A stretch of 44,268 bases of DNA, the filler included, from Sphacelaria rigidula (taxonomy: Eukaryota), in the NCBI GenBank assembly GCA_964200075.2. It is 2 parts of 2 records of this genome, joined end to end, with 100 filler letters (N's around TTAATTAATTAA, not from the genome) between each part and the next. Parts side by side here need not be neighbours in the genome. Positions count along the whole stretch, not along the records: positions 22,186 to 44,268 come from CAXNAA020000356.1; 1 more part is not named here. The stretch is one strand, 5' to 3'. The notes under the pieces were generated by a model that was not told where the DNA came from, did no database searches, and was given only the letters and a program-made list of their open reading frames with translations. The first letter of the stretch is position 1; every line of letters begins with the position of its first letter. Below, one piece after another: positions 26,065 to 37,257 of this stretch. A program made the position numbers and the translations under genes.

Positions 26065-27535
26065 AGTAGTACGACAACGTCACTAGATCGGGCGCAAGGA
26101 TACATTTCCTCGACATCCAATTCACCCAGTAGACGATATTGTACCCGGACCTACGTCGTAAACAACAGAAACGAAAAACACAGATGGAGGTTTTGAATTC
26201 AGTCGCACAGCTCAGAAGCAAAGACAAATGCACCTCCACATGCTACGATTCCCCAGTCGGTCAGGGTGACATAAGCTCTCTACGGCAACCGCCTCCATGT
26301 GGTTCTACACGCAGGTACCTCGAAAGTTATCCCCGTCGACCGAAACACGACAGCAAGCTCCTGTCGACTTCAGAAAATGCACGCAAATCTTGAACCAAGA
26401 AGTCGTCAGGTTCTAGTCAAGCGCCGTCGTTGAACCCTTCGAGTGCCACGACCTTCCTTCTATATATGTAATTTGACAGCTTGCCCTACTGGTTTCATTC
26501 AAGCGTAAAAACAACAACAAAAAATGCTGAATCCGCGGACGTGAACCAAACAAAAAACCTCGGTGGTCACACGTGTAAATACACTTGTCGCTGCGCAACT
26601 TGCTCTTCTTCATGTATGCTGTCTTCTATTCGATGATTCTATCGTCATCTCTCGTCTTCGTCACCGGATGACGCTGCGGCACCGAAAGCCGCCAAGGCGC
26701 CGCGCGTAAAATTGATGGTCCAAATGACCATACCCGCCAAAAAAGTCAACACGGCCACCGTCTCCAACACTTCAGGGGTGGCCAAGATGGCAGCCAAGGA
26801 TCCTGCTCCAGAAAGATCCGCTCCCTTGGGTAAGATCTGAAAAACACATGTATTTCACCAACAGAAAATGGGCGACATCATCATTATACACACAGAAAGA
26901 GGAAAGAAAAAAACGTGGATCATTATTTACGAGTTGGTCGCGACAAAAGGTAGACCGGCGGCAAGAAAACTCGCCTGCGTTTGTAAATAAACTGCTGAAA
27001 GAAATGGTGGACAAAGTCGAATTACCTATCGTCCGAGGCGTCGGAGGGCATTTTTTCGAGACCACAGAAGACGGGTAGTCAAACGCAGTGTGGGACAGAA
27101 TTGGCGAAAATTCTCTGCACCAGCAACGGCATCGAGCGGATAATCAGCGTGGGGGCCAAGCACACTAACCGGGTACACGAGCACCGACCATTGAGCCAAA
27201 CCCATCATGAGAAAAGTCTAGTCGGTACCGACCATGGCCTACACCTGCGCTCTTTCACAGAACCTCACTCGTTAAATCAATCATACGCGTTCAATTGCGG
27301 AGATGTGGAGTCCCACAACACGATACTGGAACAACAATCCCCACCACGCTTGCGAGTACTGTACCCGAACCGTGCCGTCCGAGGATACGACTGGATAGAC
27401 ATCGATCGTTTACGGATATCTCAGTCACCAGGTCTCTCTGTGAACGCACACAGTCAATGAGGGAGGCCCCCTACCTTCCCCAAAAACACCGTCTTATCAA
27501 CCATCACATCCGTGGACCCAGACGAGTGTATATTA

Positions 27536-27911
27536 GTGCGTGTTGTGTGTTGGCATCCCACCCGTTCTGGACGTCAGTCCGCATCTTTCGGTATATGTGG
27601 GTCCATCAGCCGGGGTCACAGAGGAGGAAGGCCAACACATGAGTTTTTTTTTTCTATTATTCTTTGTATTAATTCTCCACCTTCATTCTATAGTGCTTGC
27701 CTTATCCTTTATCGTGAGAGGGGTTCATCCGAGGTTCAGCGGTCCCTTTCCCTCGTCGACCGTGAAGTCGAATTCTGTGTACCCACGACATAGTCGCTCT
27801 CCACTGTTGGTAATGGTCTGAGGAAAAATCCCAGGCCGTGTGACTACACCGAGATTCGAACATACGAGCCAAAGTCAGACGGCTTCGAGGTTACCAACTG
27901 GGGCGACCGGC
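27536..27911 (-). mobile_element. tRNA-derived SINE (copy 2)
   Basis: Reverse-complement homolog of 18762-19117; head at the right end with a small deletion near box A. Confidence 0.8.
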
Positions 27912-28563
27912 AAGTGTACAGTAGTCAATGTATGCGTTAAGCGATTTTTAAAGATTTTCCATAGTTGGATTGCTTTTTTTTCTACAGTCACGGTCAATAA
28001 CACGCCCTGATGAATAGGGATCTTTGCTTCTCATTGCCCCCACAACATCAGCTTGGAAACTACTGTATTCTGAGCACGACCTTCTTCTTTCTCAATATCT
28101 ACAGGCTTTGGCACTTTTGAGTGCCAATGAAGATTAATATGTAAGAATACTCCGAGAAATACTCAACAACGAAAATCACTCAACTACAAGTGTACCGTAT
28201 AGTACAGAGGGATAAACCAATCCCGATCGTTCTTATGGACAACTTCACAGAACCATTTTTTTCGCACTTGTATCTGTTCACTGCGCTAGCGCCGCAGTAA
28301 CGGTGATTTTTGGACCAGTGATGGTTAGTAACACCCCGTGTCAATTTTCAGATTTACCTTTGTTCATCGCAATACTCTTCTCGCTTTCCATCTATTCTTC
28401 AGCACTCAGAAGTGCTCAAGTCGGTACATACAGGGTCGTGATGAACGGTTGTAAGCAAAAAATCTTGAAAAAAAAATGCCCACTACTGTGGAACATACTA
28501 CAATCACTCCCAACACAGAGTTGACTACGGTACTGTCTTGTTCCGTACTACTGTACACCACAC

Positions 28564-29354
28564 CTGCGGAATATTTTGCAGAATAACCCATGTACCGCTG
28601 ATCATGATCGGGAGCGTCACGATGACCCTGATCACCCTTGCCGCGAGACCAACCAGCTGCGCCGCCCCGAACACTCCGAGACCCGTTAGTGGCAGGAGCT
28701 TGGTTATCGTCGGCAACGCGTTTGCGAAGGTAAGGGGCGTCCCCTGGAGTTCCCAAATCGTTTCCGCTGCTAACAGGAGGGACGCTAGCGTGGCGGCTCC
28801 CATTACAGCGTTGAACGCCGTTTTTGTAGCGTCCCCGACCTTCCCCAGCACGGATTTATCCTTCTTTTGCCCCTTCCCTTTCACACTCTTCTCTCGGGGC
28901 ATCACGCTTCCCTCGTCCTCGCTCGTTTCGAGTCCCGCACCGTCGCTACTACTATCGTCACCCTCAGCAAAGTTCAGTCGCTGGTTTATCGTCATTGTTG
29001 TCTCCCCATCCTGTCCCTGTCGTGATCCTCCCACTGCCCAATCGCCGGCCCGCCCGGAGCGCTGTTGTTGCAATCGGGGCCCGTTGTTACGATGTCGCCC
29101 CTGCTCTCGCTGCGGTGTTGCCCACATGACCGGTAGCCCACGTCGTCGACATCGTCGCCCGCCGCGACTCGAGCGGTTCGGTCGCTGGCTGCTAGCTCGC
29201 CGTTGTTCGAATACTGAAGTTTCTCGCTGCAAGTACGTGCTGGATGATCCCGCACACGACTGCGGGGGGACATGTGTCTTCGACGACCTGAACTGGGTGA
29301 TTTCTGTTTGGAGACCGTGTTGCGGTGTTTGGAATGTCGGTCGTGTGCTGAACG
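28564..29354 (-). CDS. Putative plastid-targeted membrane protein, exon 2 (downstream exons unresolved)
   Basis: cag|CG TTC acceptor; 791-nt open exon; S/T/R-rich transit-like N-terminus and hydrophobic C-terminal helices; CAG|gtgtgg donor. Confidence 0.75.
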
Positions 29355-30069
29355 CTGGTGGTGCACAGACGCACAGACGAAGTCAAAACATGCCCACGCG
29401 GCAGACGTTTTCACGCGATCGCAAATTACAAATCAGCGAACATAGAGGAGGGGGAGCGGGAAATGGACTCTGGCGTTAGCGTTACTACTGTATATATATA
29501 TATATATATACACACAGGACCTTGTTGAAGTGAAAGAACGGAACTACCACGTACAACGGAACCGTTTCTCCCTGTTCTCAAAGCGGTCTGTTTACGCCCT
29601 GCGCCGCCGTCGCTTATCATTGCACCGAGTTCATCACGAGAGAAATGCACGCCACGCCTACTGTCGTTCGTACTCGTGACTGCCGTGTGCTTCACTTGTA
29701 TACTGACTGCTGTAGCTGGGCGATTGGACAAAGTTGAAAGTATGAAGTATATCTGCCAACACATGGGCTCCTACAAGTACCAACTCGTACGCTTTGGACA
29801 CGAACTGTGCCGAAGTACTTCTGACGGGCGGACAACACAAGGGCGGTTGCAAGCTGCTAAACGACGCATCCTCCACTTGAATAGCATTGGTGAAGATCCA
29901 TGGCAAGCGCACCAGGATGTATCTGTACTTCTCGGATAGTACAGGTGACTCAAGCTCAGGACAAGATAGGTTGCAGTCACCGCGCCAGCACAGGCCGAGG
30001 TGACTTACTCTAATTTTACATGACTATCGCCGCGGCGGCACATGTAAATATGAGGCATGGCTAGCTTAC

Positions 30070-30190
30070 CTAGCAGTTGCTGGACCTGACAAGTCAAAAG
30101 ACTCACTGCAACTAGAAGCGTGCGATGTACCGGATTTTCTCCTCCAAGTAGTCGAGCACGCAGAGACCAACGATTCCTACGGTTGGCCAT
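30070..30190 (-). CDS. Putative plastid-targeted membrane protein, exon 1 (signal peptide)
   Basis: MANRR...LLVAVSLLTCQVQQLL-G|gtaagc; the phase-1 join gives LLA-F, an ASAFAP-type cleavage motif; start could be a nearby upstream Met. Confidence 0.7.
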
Positions 30191-30955
30191 CATGATGTTC
30201 ATGATACACTGGAGGAGCCAATACACGATAATACAGGCTAACCGCTCGAATCTCGTCACATTTGCCAACAGTTGCGACGCGCACCCGCTAGTAGTCTTGC
30301 TTTTGTGAAAAATAGGTGAACGTCACCTCATCCACATGTTATATAAAACACATGCACTATACTACTGTACTGTACTACTACTGCATGCACCACTACTACG
30401 CTGTGCATGTTGTATGCATATCCGGGAATGGATGTAAGCATCATAGCACATGCTGCCTGTTAGTGTGAACCATATCTTAGTCTTAATTTCAGATCCTAGT
30501 ACGAGCTGGGCCAGCCTAAAAACGGATTTAAGCTCTAAAAGCAATATCTCGTCGACACAAACAAACGAGTTGGGCCGTGATCCGCATATATATGCATCCA
30601 CTGACGTCTCAAGCAATCTGAGCCGAGGGGACTCCGTTCTGAGGGCGTATCGATGGTATTGACCAAAATCCGTATTTTGCTTCGTTTAACTAGCGCACCA
30701 CGTAAAACGTGCCGCCGCTCCGGGACTATGCTGTCTGTGTTGTTGTGGTCTACCTCTGTGCCAAGCTTCAGGCTTGTTCAAACAGACACGGCTGAGAAAT
30801 CCACAAGCAAAATAACCCTTGATTTGTACTGAAAATAAAGTACTAGCCCTGTTGAACCGTCGAAGGATACATGAAGTGCCTATGGTTTTTGTATGCGGGA
30901 ATCTTGGCGTTTCATTTGTTTCTCTTTTTTTTGGCGTAAGACTCAGTGTTTCTGC

Positions 30956-31599
30956 CAGAGTTGTGAACTGACTGCCAGTTTAACTGGTCAGTCACTGTTA
31001 ACTGGTACAACTGGTTAACTTAAGGGTTTCGTCACTACCAATTGAACCCCTTATTTTACCCGATATTGGTATCGTACTCCAAAGCGTTCTGTGTAAATAT
31101 GTGTCATACTCATATCAATAATTCCGAAGAATTGTCGTATTACAATGACCGTGGGGGTGCTGTTACAAAGGCGACATGACCGCACAGCGCATGCACCCAG
31201 ACGCCATGTATGGTGCATTACTGTCTCACCGCTTCGTCTTTTTATTTCACGTCACAAAGTTTGGAGACATTTATCTCCTTTTTTCCATGCATATCTACTG
31301 TTGTGCTGGCGCTAAAGCAGCTAGAATTTACTGCTGGCGCGATTTTGAAGAGATGTGAAGGCATATGGCGTAATTCTTGCCTCCGGCGGCGCGTCCAGCG
31401 GGGCCCTCTCACCAGCTGGGGGGGGGGAACATTTAGGCGACTCCGCCGCGTTGTCTCACCGAGCAACTCTAGCGAAGTCGCGGGGCAGCTTCGCCGCCAG
31501 TTTTCCAGTTTCAACTAACTGTTAACTAACTGTGACTGGTTGTAATTTTTTGCAACCAGTCACCACTTAACTGGTTAGACAAACGAGGGCACAACTCAA
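30956..31599. mobile_element. hAT-like non-autonomous element
   Basis: Ends CAGAGTTGTG / CACAACTCAA; imperfect 8-bp TSD GTTTCTGC / GCTTTTGC; subterminal AACTGG/CCAGT repeat arrays at both ends. Confidence 0.65.
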
Positions 31600-33163
31600 G
31601 CTTTTGCTATAATTTTTGTCGAAGGAAACAATCGGACACAATTCATCAGTTAATGGTATGAGCGGACGAACCTCACCCCCGACCTCTCCAGGGGGGACAT
31701 TTCCCCTGCACCCGCCGCGTGCTACTGGATTTTTTTTCGGTCTTCCGTTATAAAATGGTTGACGCCGACCTTTTGCGCTGTCATTTTTTCCTCTTCGTCA
31801 GGGCTTCTCATAATGAGGCGTCTGGCCCGGGGACAGGAGGGGAGTGTTCCAAAAGGGTTCAAAGCAAATAATAAAACCCACTCTCAATCTCACCAAAACA
31901 TCATGCCGCGTAGAAATCAAGAGTTTCAGGCCTTGTCCTCCCGAGATGATGAAAAAGAAACGGGAACAGGAACAAACGACCGAAAGCAGCACGTTCATCA
32001 GTCGCCGCAACGATAGACCCGCCGGGCGATTGAACAGACTGCTTTCGAACCTTGTTCGTTGTCCCAATTATTTTTTTTGGTCTTCAGAAGATAAAGCACG
32101 AACTTGGGTTACTTCGCGCGTTGAAAATGGGCCCTCTCTTGTTTCCGAAAGCAGTGGATACGCCTCATAAAACAAGTTCAACCCGTTAACCACAAGTACA
32201 AGTGGTTTCCATCTGTCCACCACCAACTGGCATCATCGTTTCGTCGTATACCTGGAAAAAACACCGCTCAACTCAGCATTTCATCTCCGGACGCTCGGAG
32301 GGTCAATTCTCGAACTGCAGGCAACCAGCCTGTTGCTTCATCAGCATTTCTTCCGGCTTCGAAACTTAGTGCGAGATTCACGTGTCCACCAGTACACACT
32401 CGTGGGTCCGAGTCAACCCGCGTAACCGGCGTGTTGTCAAAAGCATCATGCAAGGTACTCCAATGCGGAGACGTTGCCACCACCTATCGGAGGTCCAACA
32501 GATAGATAAAAAACTTCACATGCATGGAAAAAAAGAGTAAAGATATGCTCGGCCGTTAAACCTTTCAAAACCGACTCTATGCCATGCAAGTACCGTTCCA
32601 CCACATGGAAATACCCGGCTCGCTACCAGGACGCTTTCACATGGAAAACTGGAGCAGAAACGAATCACATTCTACAAATCTGTAGCCTATATTTGAATGA
32701 ACACCCCCTTTGACCACCAAAAGGAACACTCAGACGAGACCCAAGCGATTGCAGACAAAGCCGACACGACTCATCCCCTCCAACTCGTGCCCATTCTATA
32801 ATCCACCAGCAAGAGCGCTTCGATCAGCCCGAGTATACTTTTCACGAAGCCAGACACACGTCTCCTGACACACTCTAAACACGATCCACAATTTCAACCT
32901 CATCCGAGATTTGCTCGTGCCGACTGCACTGCATTTCGTTTCTTTGGCGTGAGCTAACGAAAACAATCCTCTATATGACTGCTCCGTGTGAAGCGGACCA
33001 ATCATTGAACATAACAGGATGCACATGTACAGTGAAAATTCTGACTAGAGAAAATGACAGAAAACAAAACCTGCTGTACAACATTGATTTCTTGGCCTAG
33101 AACCAAAGATATCACACGACAGCGATCGGAGTGGTACTACGACAAACAAAAACTATTGAAAAG

Positions 33164-33939
33164 TTAGAACGTCATCTCTTCCTTGACAAATGATTTGCTT
33201 GGAGTAGAACCACAGACGGGGGAGGCCGCAGGCATGCAGTCATCTGTCAACAGCGACAGGAATCCATCGCCGCTTACATCAGCATCGCCATCGCCGGAGA
33301 GAATATCCATAAGTAGATCATCGCAGGCCGCCTCATCATCCTTATCGAAAATGACGACGTGCTGCTGCTCGTCTTGGGCGCCATGCGGGAAAGTAGTATC
33401 TAGGTCGTCGGTCATAAACGGCGGCATTTCCGAGGAAGTCGAACATTCTTCGGTAGTCGTGGAACATGACGTGTATCCGCAGTCTGCCTTGCAGCTGGAA
33501 ACGCTCTCCTCAACATGAGCATAGAAATCCACCGGAGACTGGTCATCATTTTCTTGCATCTCCATCTTGACGAGGCTCGATCGGATGAGCGGTTGAGGTT
33601 GTTTCGTTTGTTCGAGGGTGGGGGGGAAGGATTCCGGTGTGCGAAGCGCATCTGACGCACGAATTGTACGATCTCTCGACACCCTAGGGGCGCGGGGATT
33701 GAATTTCCGAGCGTAGGGCTTGTCGGTCTTAGCAGCGACTAGCTGGTCATCAACGGCTGAAAGTCTCGCTTTTTTGGAGGTGGAGATACAAGTGGGAGAA
33801 CGAGACGACGGAAGGGTAGCGGGATGGGTCATGTTGACCGCTGACGGGTTGTTGGTTTTGTTCCCGCAGGGTGAACGGAAGCCGTTGGTGTTGTCGGTTT
33901 GCGCATGAACGCGGTGACTGTGAGCTGTCGTCTCCACAG
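33164..33939 (-). CDS. bZIP (HAC1/XBP1/bZIP60-like) transcription factor, C-terminal segment translated only after splicing; acidic activation-like domain
   Basis: Long open frame ending ...DDEAACDDLLMDILSGDGDADVSGDGFLSLLTDD...EEMTF*; in frame with the bZIP exon after removal of 34202-33940. Confidence 0.75.
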
Positions 33940-34202
33940 CAGGGAGACTAGTTAAAGTTGGCGTACGAATCACCGTCCATTAACGGACGGCCAACGATGC
34001 CTTAAACGACCTGTTGTTCAAGACGGTCGACTCGGAGCTTTGCCGGCTACCCCCCCCGCCCCCCGCCCTCTCTCGCATCCTCACAAACGCCTTTCCGCTC
34101 AGAAAGACTGAACAGGTGCGGTACAGAGAGGGGGAAAGGATGGGGGGAAGTAGAGGCTTAGACTCCTTCATCTGACCATTTGAACCCGGTCTGCGAATGC
34201 TG
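33940..34202 (-). other. Putative IRE1-type unconventional intron (263 nt)
   Basis: Bounded by GCGAGU-CAG|CAGC-AUUCGC and GUCUCC-CUG|CUGU-GGAGAC hairpins; the excision product is in frame; the interior is self-complementary. Confidence 0.75.
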
Positions 34203-34503
34203 CTGACTCGCGAGAGTTTAAACAGTTCACTGATCCGCCACCGTGCCCTGCGCGTCCCTTCAACGTTGGGTCCCGACTCGCTTCCCTTTTCCTTCCATTT
34301 CCTCCCGATCTCGTCCCACTGCCGGCGCTTCTGCTCGAACCTGGACCTACTCGCCCACCTCCCGACGACGAGACTCTTGGTCTCCCGTCACCACCCCTAC
34401 TGCTCCCGCCACACTGCTGTTGAGCCTGTTGAAGGGTGTCCGATTGCTCGTATCTCAAAAGTCGCTGCCTTAGGTTATCATTCTCCTGATTTAGGCGCGC
34501 CAC
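34168..34503 (-). CDS. bZIP factor exon 3: leucine zipper plus Gly/Ser linker (unspliced form stops at 34168; spliced form leaves after 34203)
   Basis: tccag|GTG; VARLNQENDNLRQRL continues the heptads from exon 2; ends ...NSRESAAFADRVQMVR*. Confidence 0.85.
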   Translation of the reverse strand: MARLNQENDNLRQRLLRYEQSDTLQQAQQQCGGSSRGGDGRPRVSSSGGGRVGPGSSRSAGSGTRSGGNGRKREASRDPTLKGRAGHGGGSVNCLNSRESAAFADRVQMVR

Positions 34504-36144
34504 CTGGAGTCAAAGAAGAGGAAAAAGCAAGCCGGGAATGCACAGGGGGTTGGTTTATTTTGGGGATCGCCATCAAGTCGTTTATTAACGTCGGTCCTGA
34601 CATATTAGTCGTACTGAACAACTGGACCCTCAAAAATGTGACACCCACTCCTCAGGTCTGTGACGATTTCGTCCTGGAAATAGACGACCCTGTCATCTAC
34701 ATATCATTTGGCAATCCTAATCGCGATTCTACTGCCTCCCACTCCACACAAAACATGCAAAATGAACTCTCGGAAGCTGTTGCTTTTGCCAGAGTCATCA
34801 GTGCAACTACCAGAGTGGCACAGGCCCCAGCCAATAGCAATCTCTGATGACGTGAGACGGTCATGCGCAGGTGGCGAGGAATCCGCTCAGAGCACGAATA
34901 ACATTTTTTTCTCGTGTACTTCAATGACTGAGTGATGCATCCCATCTGGCAGTTTTGGGGGTTCAGTGAGTCCCTCATACCGGTACCCGACAGTGGTGCA
35001 CGAGGTGTCCGAACTATTCGCCCTTGCTCTGGACACGGGTATACCCATGCAGAAATACCCAGTTGCGGGTAAGGATTTCTGTACAACCTCCATATCGTCT
35101 CCGACAGGTTCTCCGACGTTCCTCGACAACATGCAGGTAACCGACAGTTACGTACGTTGTGAGATAGCCTTATACCCCACTGAGCATACCCGTACCCTCC
35201 ACAACATCGTTCGTTTCGTACACTCTAGTAGCAACCTCTTGCTAATACTCCAGCTCATGCGAATAAAATCAGTGAGAGACAACATTTGACCCTCACCACA
35301 AAAATTTGGCAAGAAGAGCAGTCTCGTGACCAAATTCGGTGGGGGGGGGGGCGAATGCAACAAGAAGCGGCGGAATCGTGCAAAATACGACCTGAGAGGT
35401 CCACGTCATTCATAGTTCTCAATGATTCATGATTCTCTTGATTCCGCATTTCTGTCCTGGCCACCAACAAAATCGAAGATGTTGACTACACTTCTTCAGC
35501 GTGGATATGCGGCAGAGGAACATGAAAGGAAACTCCACCTCTTTTGGAACACCCCGCCAGACGCCACTCGTTCACAAAGACCCCACACAGTTCATTATCA
35601 TTTACCACCACAACCCTGCAACATAAAGCAGGAACTGATCACGGGAATATATACGGCGGGGTGGTATGTGGTATGTGGCAGTACCGCTCAGATGTCAAGC
35701 GACACTAACAGTTTATAGATTTCTACGATGCAACCCTGCGAGAAAGTGTTCCACGTCGCTCGACATCCAAGCGGTTTTGCCACGTACCATCCCGGAGGCA
35801 GTGTATCCTCTGGTTGCACCAGCACATGGTGCGGGCGAAGCCACAGCAACTTCCGGCGTCAGCGCTACAGTCGCCCGCTGTCATGATTAGAAATAGACCA
35901 CGGACTGGTGAACTAAATATGATGACAAAATAGTGTGTTCGCCAACCCGCTCGGACTGAAACCTGGTGAAACGAGCAAATTCAATCACCAATTCTTCTCC
36001 TTAACTCAATTTCTCCCGAAAAGACACCCCCTCAGCTTCTCACGCGTCGACTGTTGAAACTATGATCGGTTGCTCTGACCACTGAGCTCGTCAAGTCGTT
36101 ATTTTCTCTCAAGCACGTCATTTGTCGACAGCGCGTGGCTTTAA

Positions 36145-36240
36145 CCCTTAGACCGCGAGGTTAGTCTTCTGTCGAATCGGCATCAATTTCGAGTGAAAAA
36201 GTAGGCATGATCCAGAAAGACTAATCTCGCGGTCTAAGGG
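36145..36240. mobile_element. piggyBac-type MITE (96 bp) inside the bZIP intron
   Basis: ttaa|CCCTTAGACCGCGAGGTTAGTCTT ... AAGACTAATCTCGCGGTCTAAGGG|ttac; CCC/GGG ends and TTAA-like target. Confidence 0.8.
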
Positions 36241-36849
36241 TTACTCCCGGAACGAGGAGCTCATTTACGATCTTGTAGTTCACCCACGTCCGGAACATGC
36301 TCGACTTTTCGTTCAACACGATGCACCAGTAGGCAATTTCCGAAAATTTCATACGACCGACTTCGTCCATCATGCGGTCCCCATGACAGTCGCGTCTGTC
36401 ATAGCTGACCATCCTTCAGCATCTACTGCCGGCGCCACATTTCCTGTGGCGACGATAAGTAGCGTCCCGGTATTCAGCATGCCCCTGTTCAATGAAGCCC
36501 CCAGCCTCAGTCACCACTGCCCCAACCTCACTCTGACCGCTCCGCCTGTAGCTTCGGCTACGCACTAGCCTAGCTCGTCACCGGCTGCGGCAGCAACGAC
36601 CGCCTCTGACACCCACAGCGTGCTGGAGGCAAAATCTTTGCCGCAAATGTGCCCTGCAGACACACTCAATGTGCGCCCCATATCGCGGTGGCAAAGCGAA
36701 ACCGTTTTCTTTGGACGCCACGGGTCAGACCCCACACCTTGTGATACCGAAGTCGCGGGGTCTGATCCCCGATTTGGGATGGAAGAGTCATGCTTGGCTT
36801 TTGAATACGCCGACATCAAAGGACGTCAATAAGATCATCTTAGAGTGCA

Positions 36850-37160
36850 CGTCGTGGGTCGGGCCCAACGACTTCGTGTGTACACGATATTACAGGGAGG
36901 GGGAGGGCAAAATCCGCGAAGTACACTGCAAGGTGGTCACGCTTGGTGCATGATTACGTCTGGTATCATCATAGCATCAACGCGAACATAGCATCAACGC
37001 GAACATTAATCGGCGTCAGGGCGCGTCCAGTTCGACTGTCTCACCGTGCACATCGTGGGTCAGGCCCAGCGACTTTGTTTGTTCATGAACTTGCTGGGCA
37101 TCATCCGCGAGGTGCACTGTCACGTGGTCACGCTTGGCGCATGATAATGTCTGTCATCAT
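36850..37160 (+). repeat. Diverged direct repeat (~200-bp period) plus a 17-bp tandem duplication
   Basis: tcgtgggtc.ggccca.cgactt...atccgcga.gt.cactg...gtggtcacgcttgg.gcatgat occurs twice; catagcatcaacgcgaa occurs twice near 36970-37005. Confidence 0.6.
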
Positions 37161-37257
37161 GTGGGCTGAGCAAGGGAGTCTTATTGCGCACTACCTTCAC
37201 ACCCGGGAGGTTCGTGTATTGCACTCATGGGGCTTGATGTGCCAAGTGCACGATAGG

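Noticed and set aside
28538-29479. 313-aa plus-strand ORF
   Set aside because: Antisense shadow of the minus-strand exon, which has splice sites and a coherent presequence
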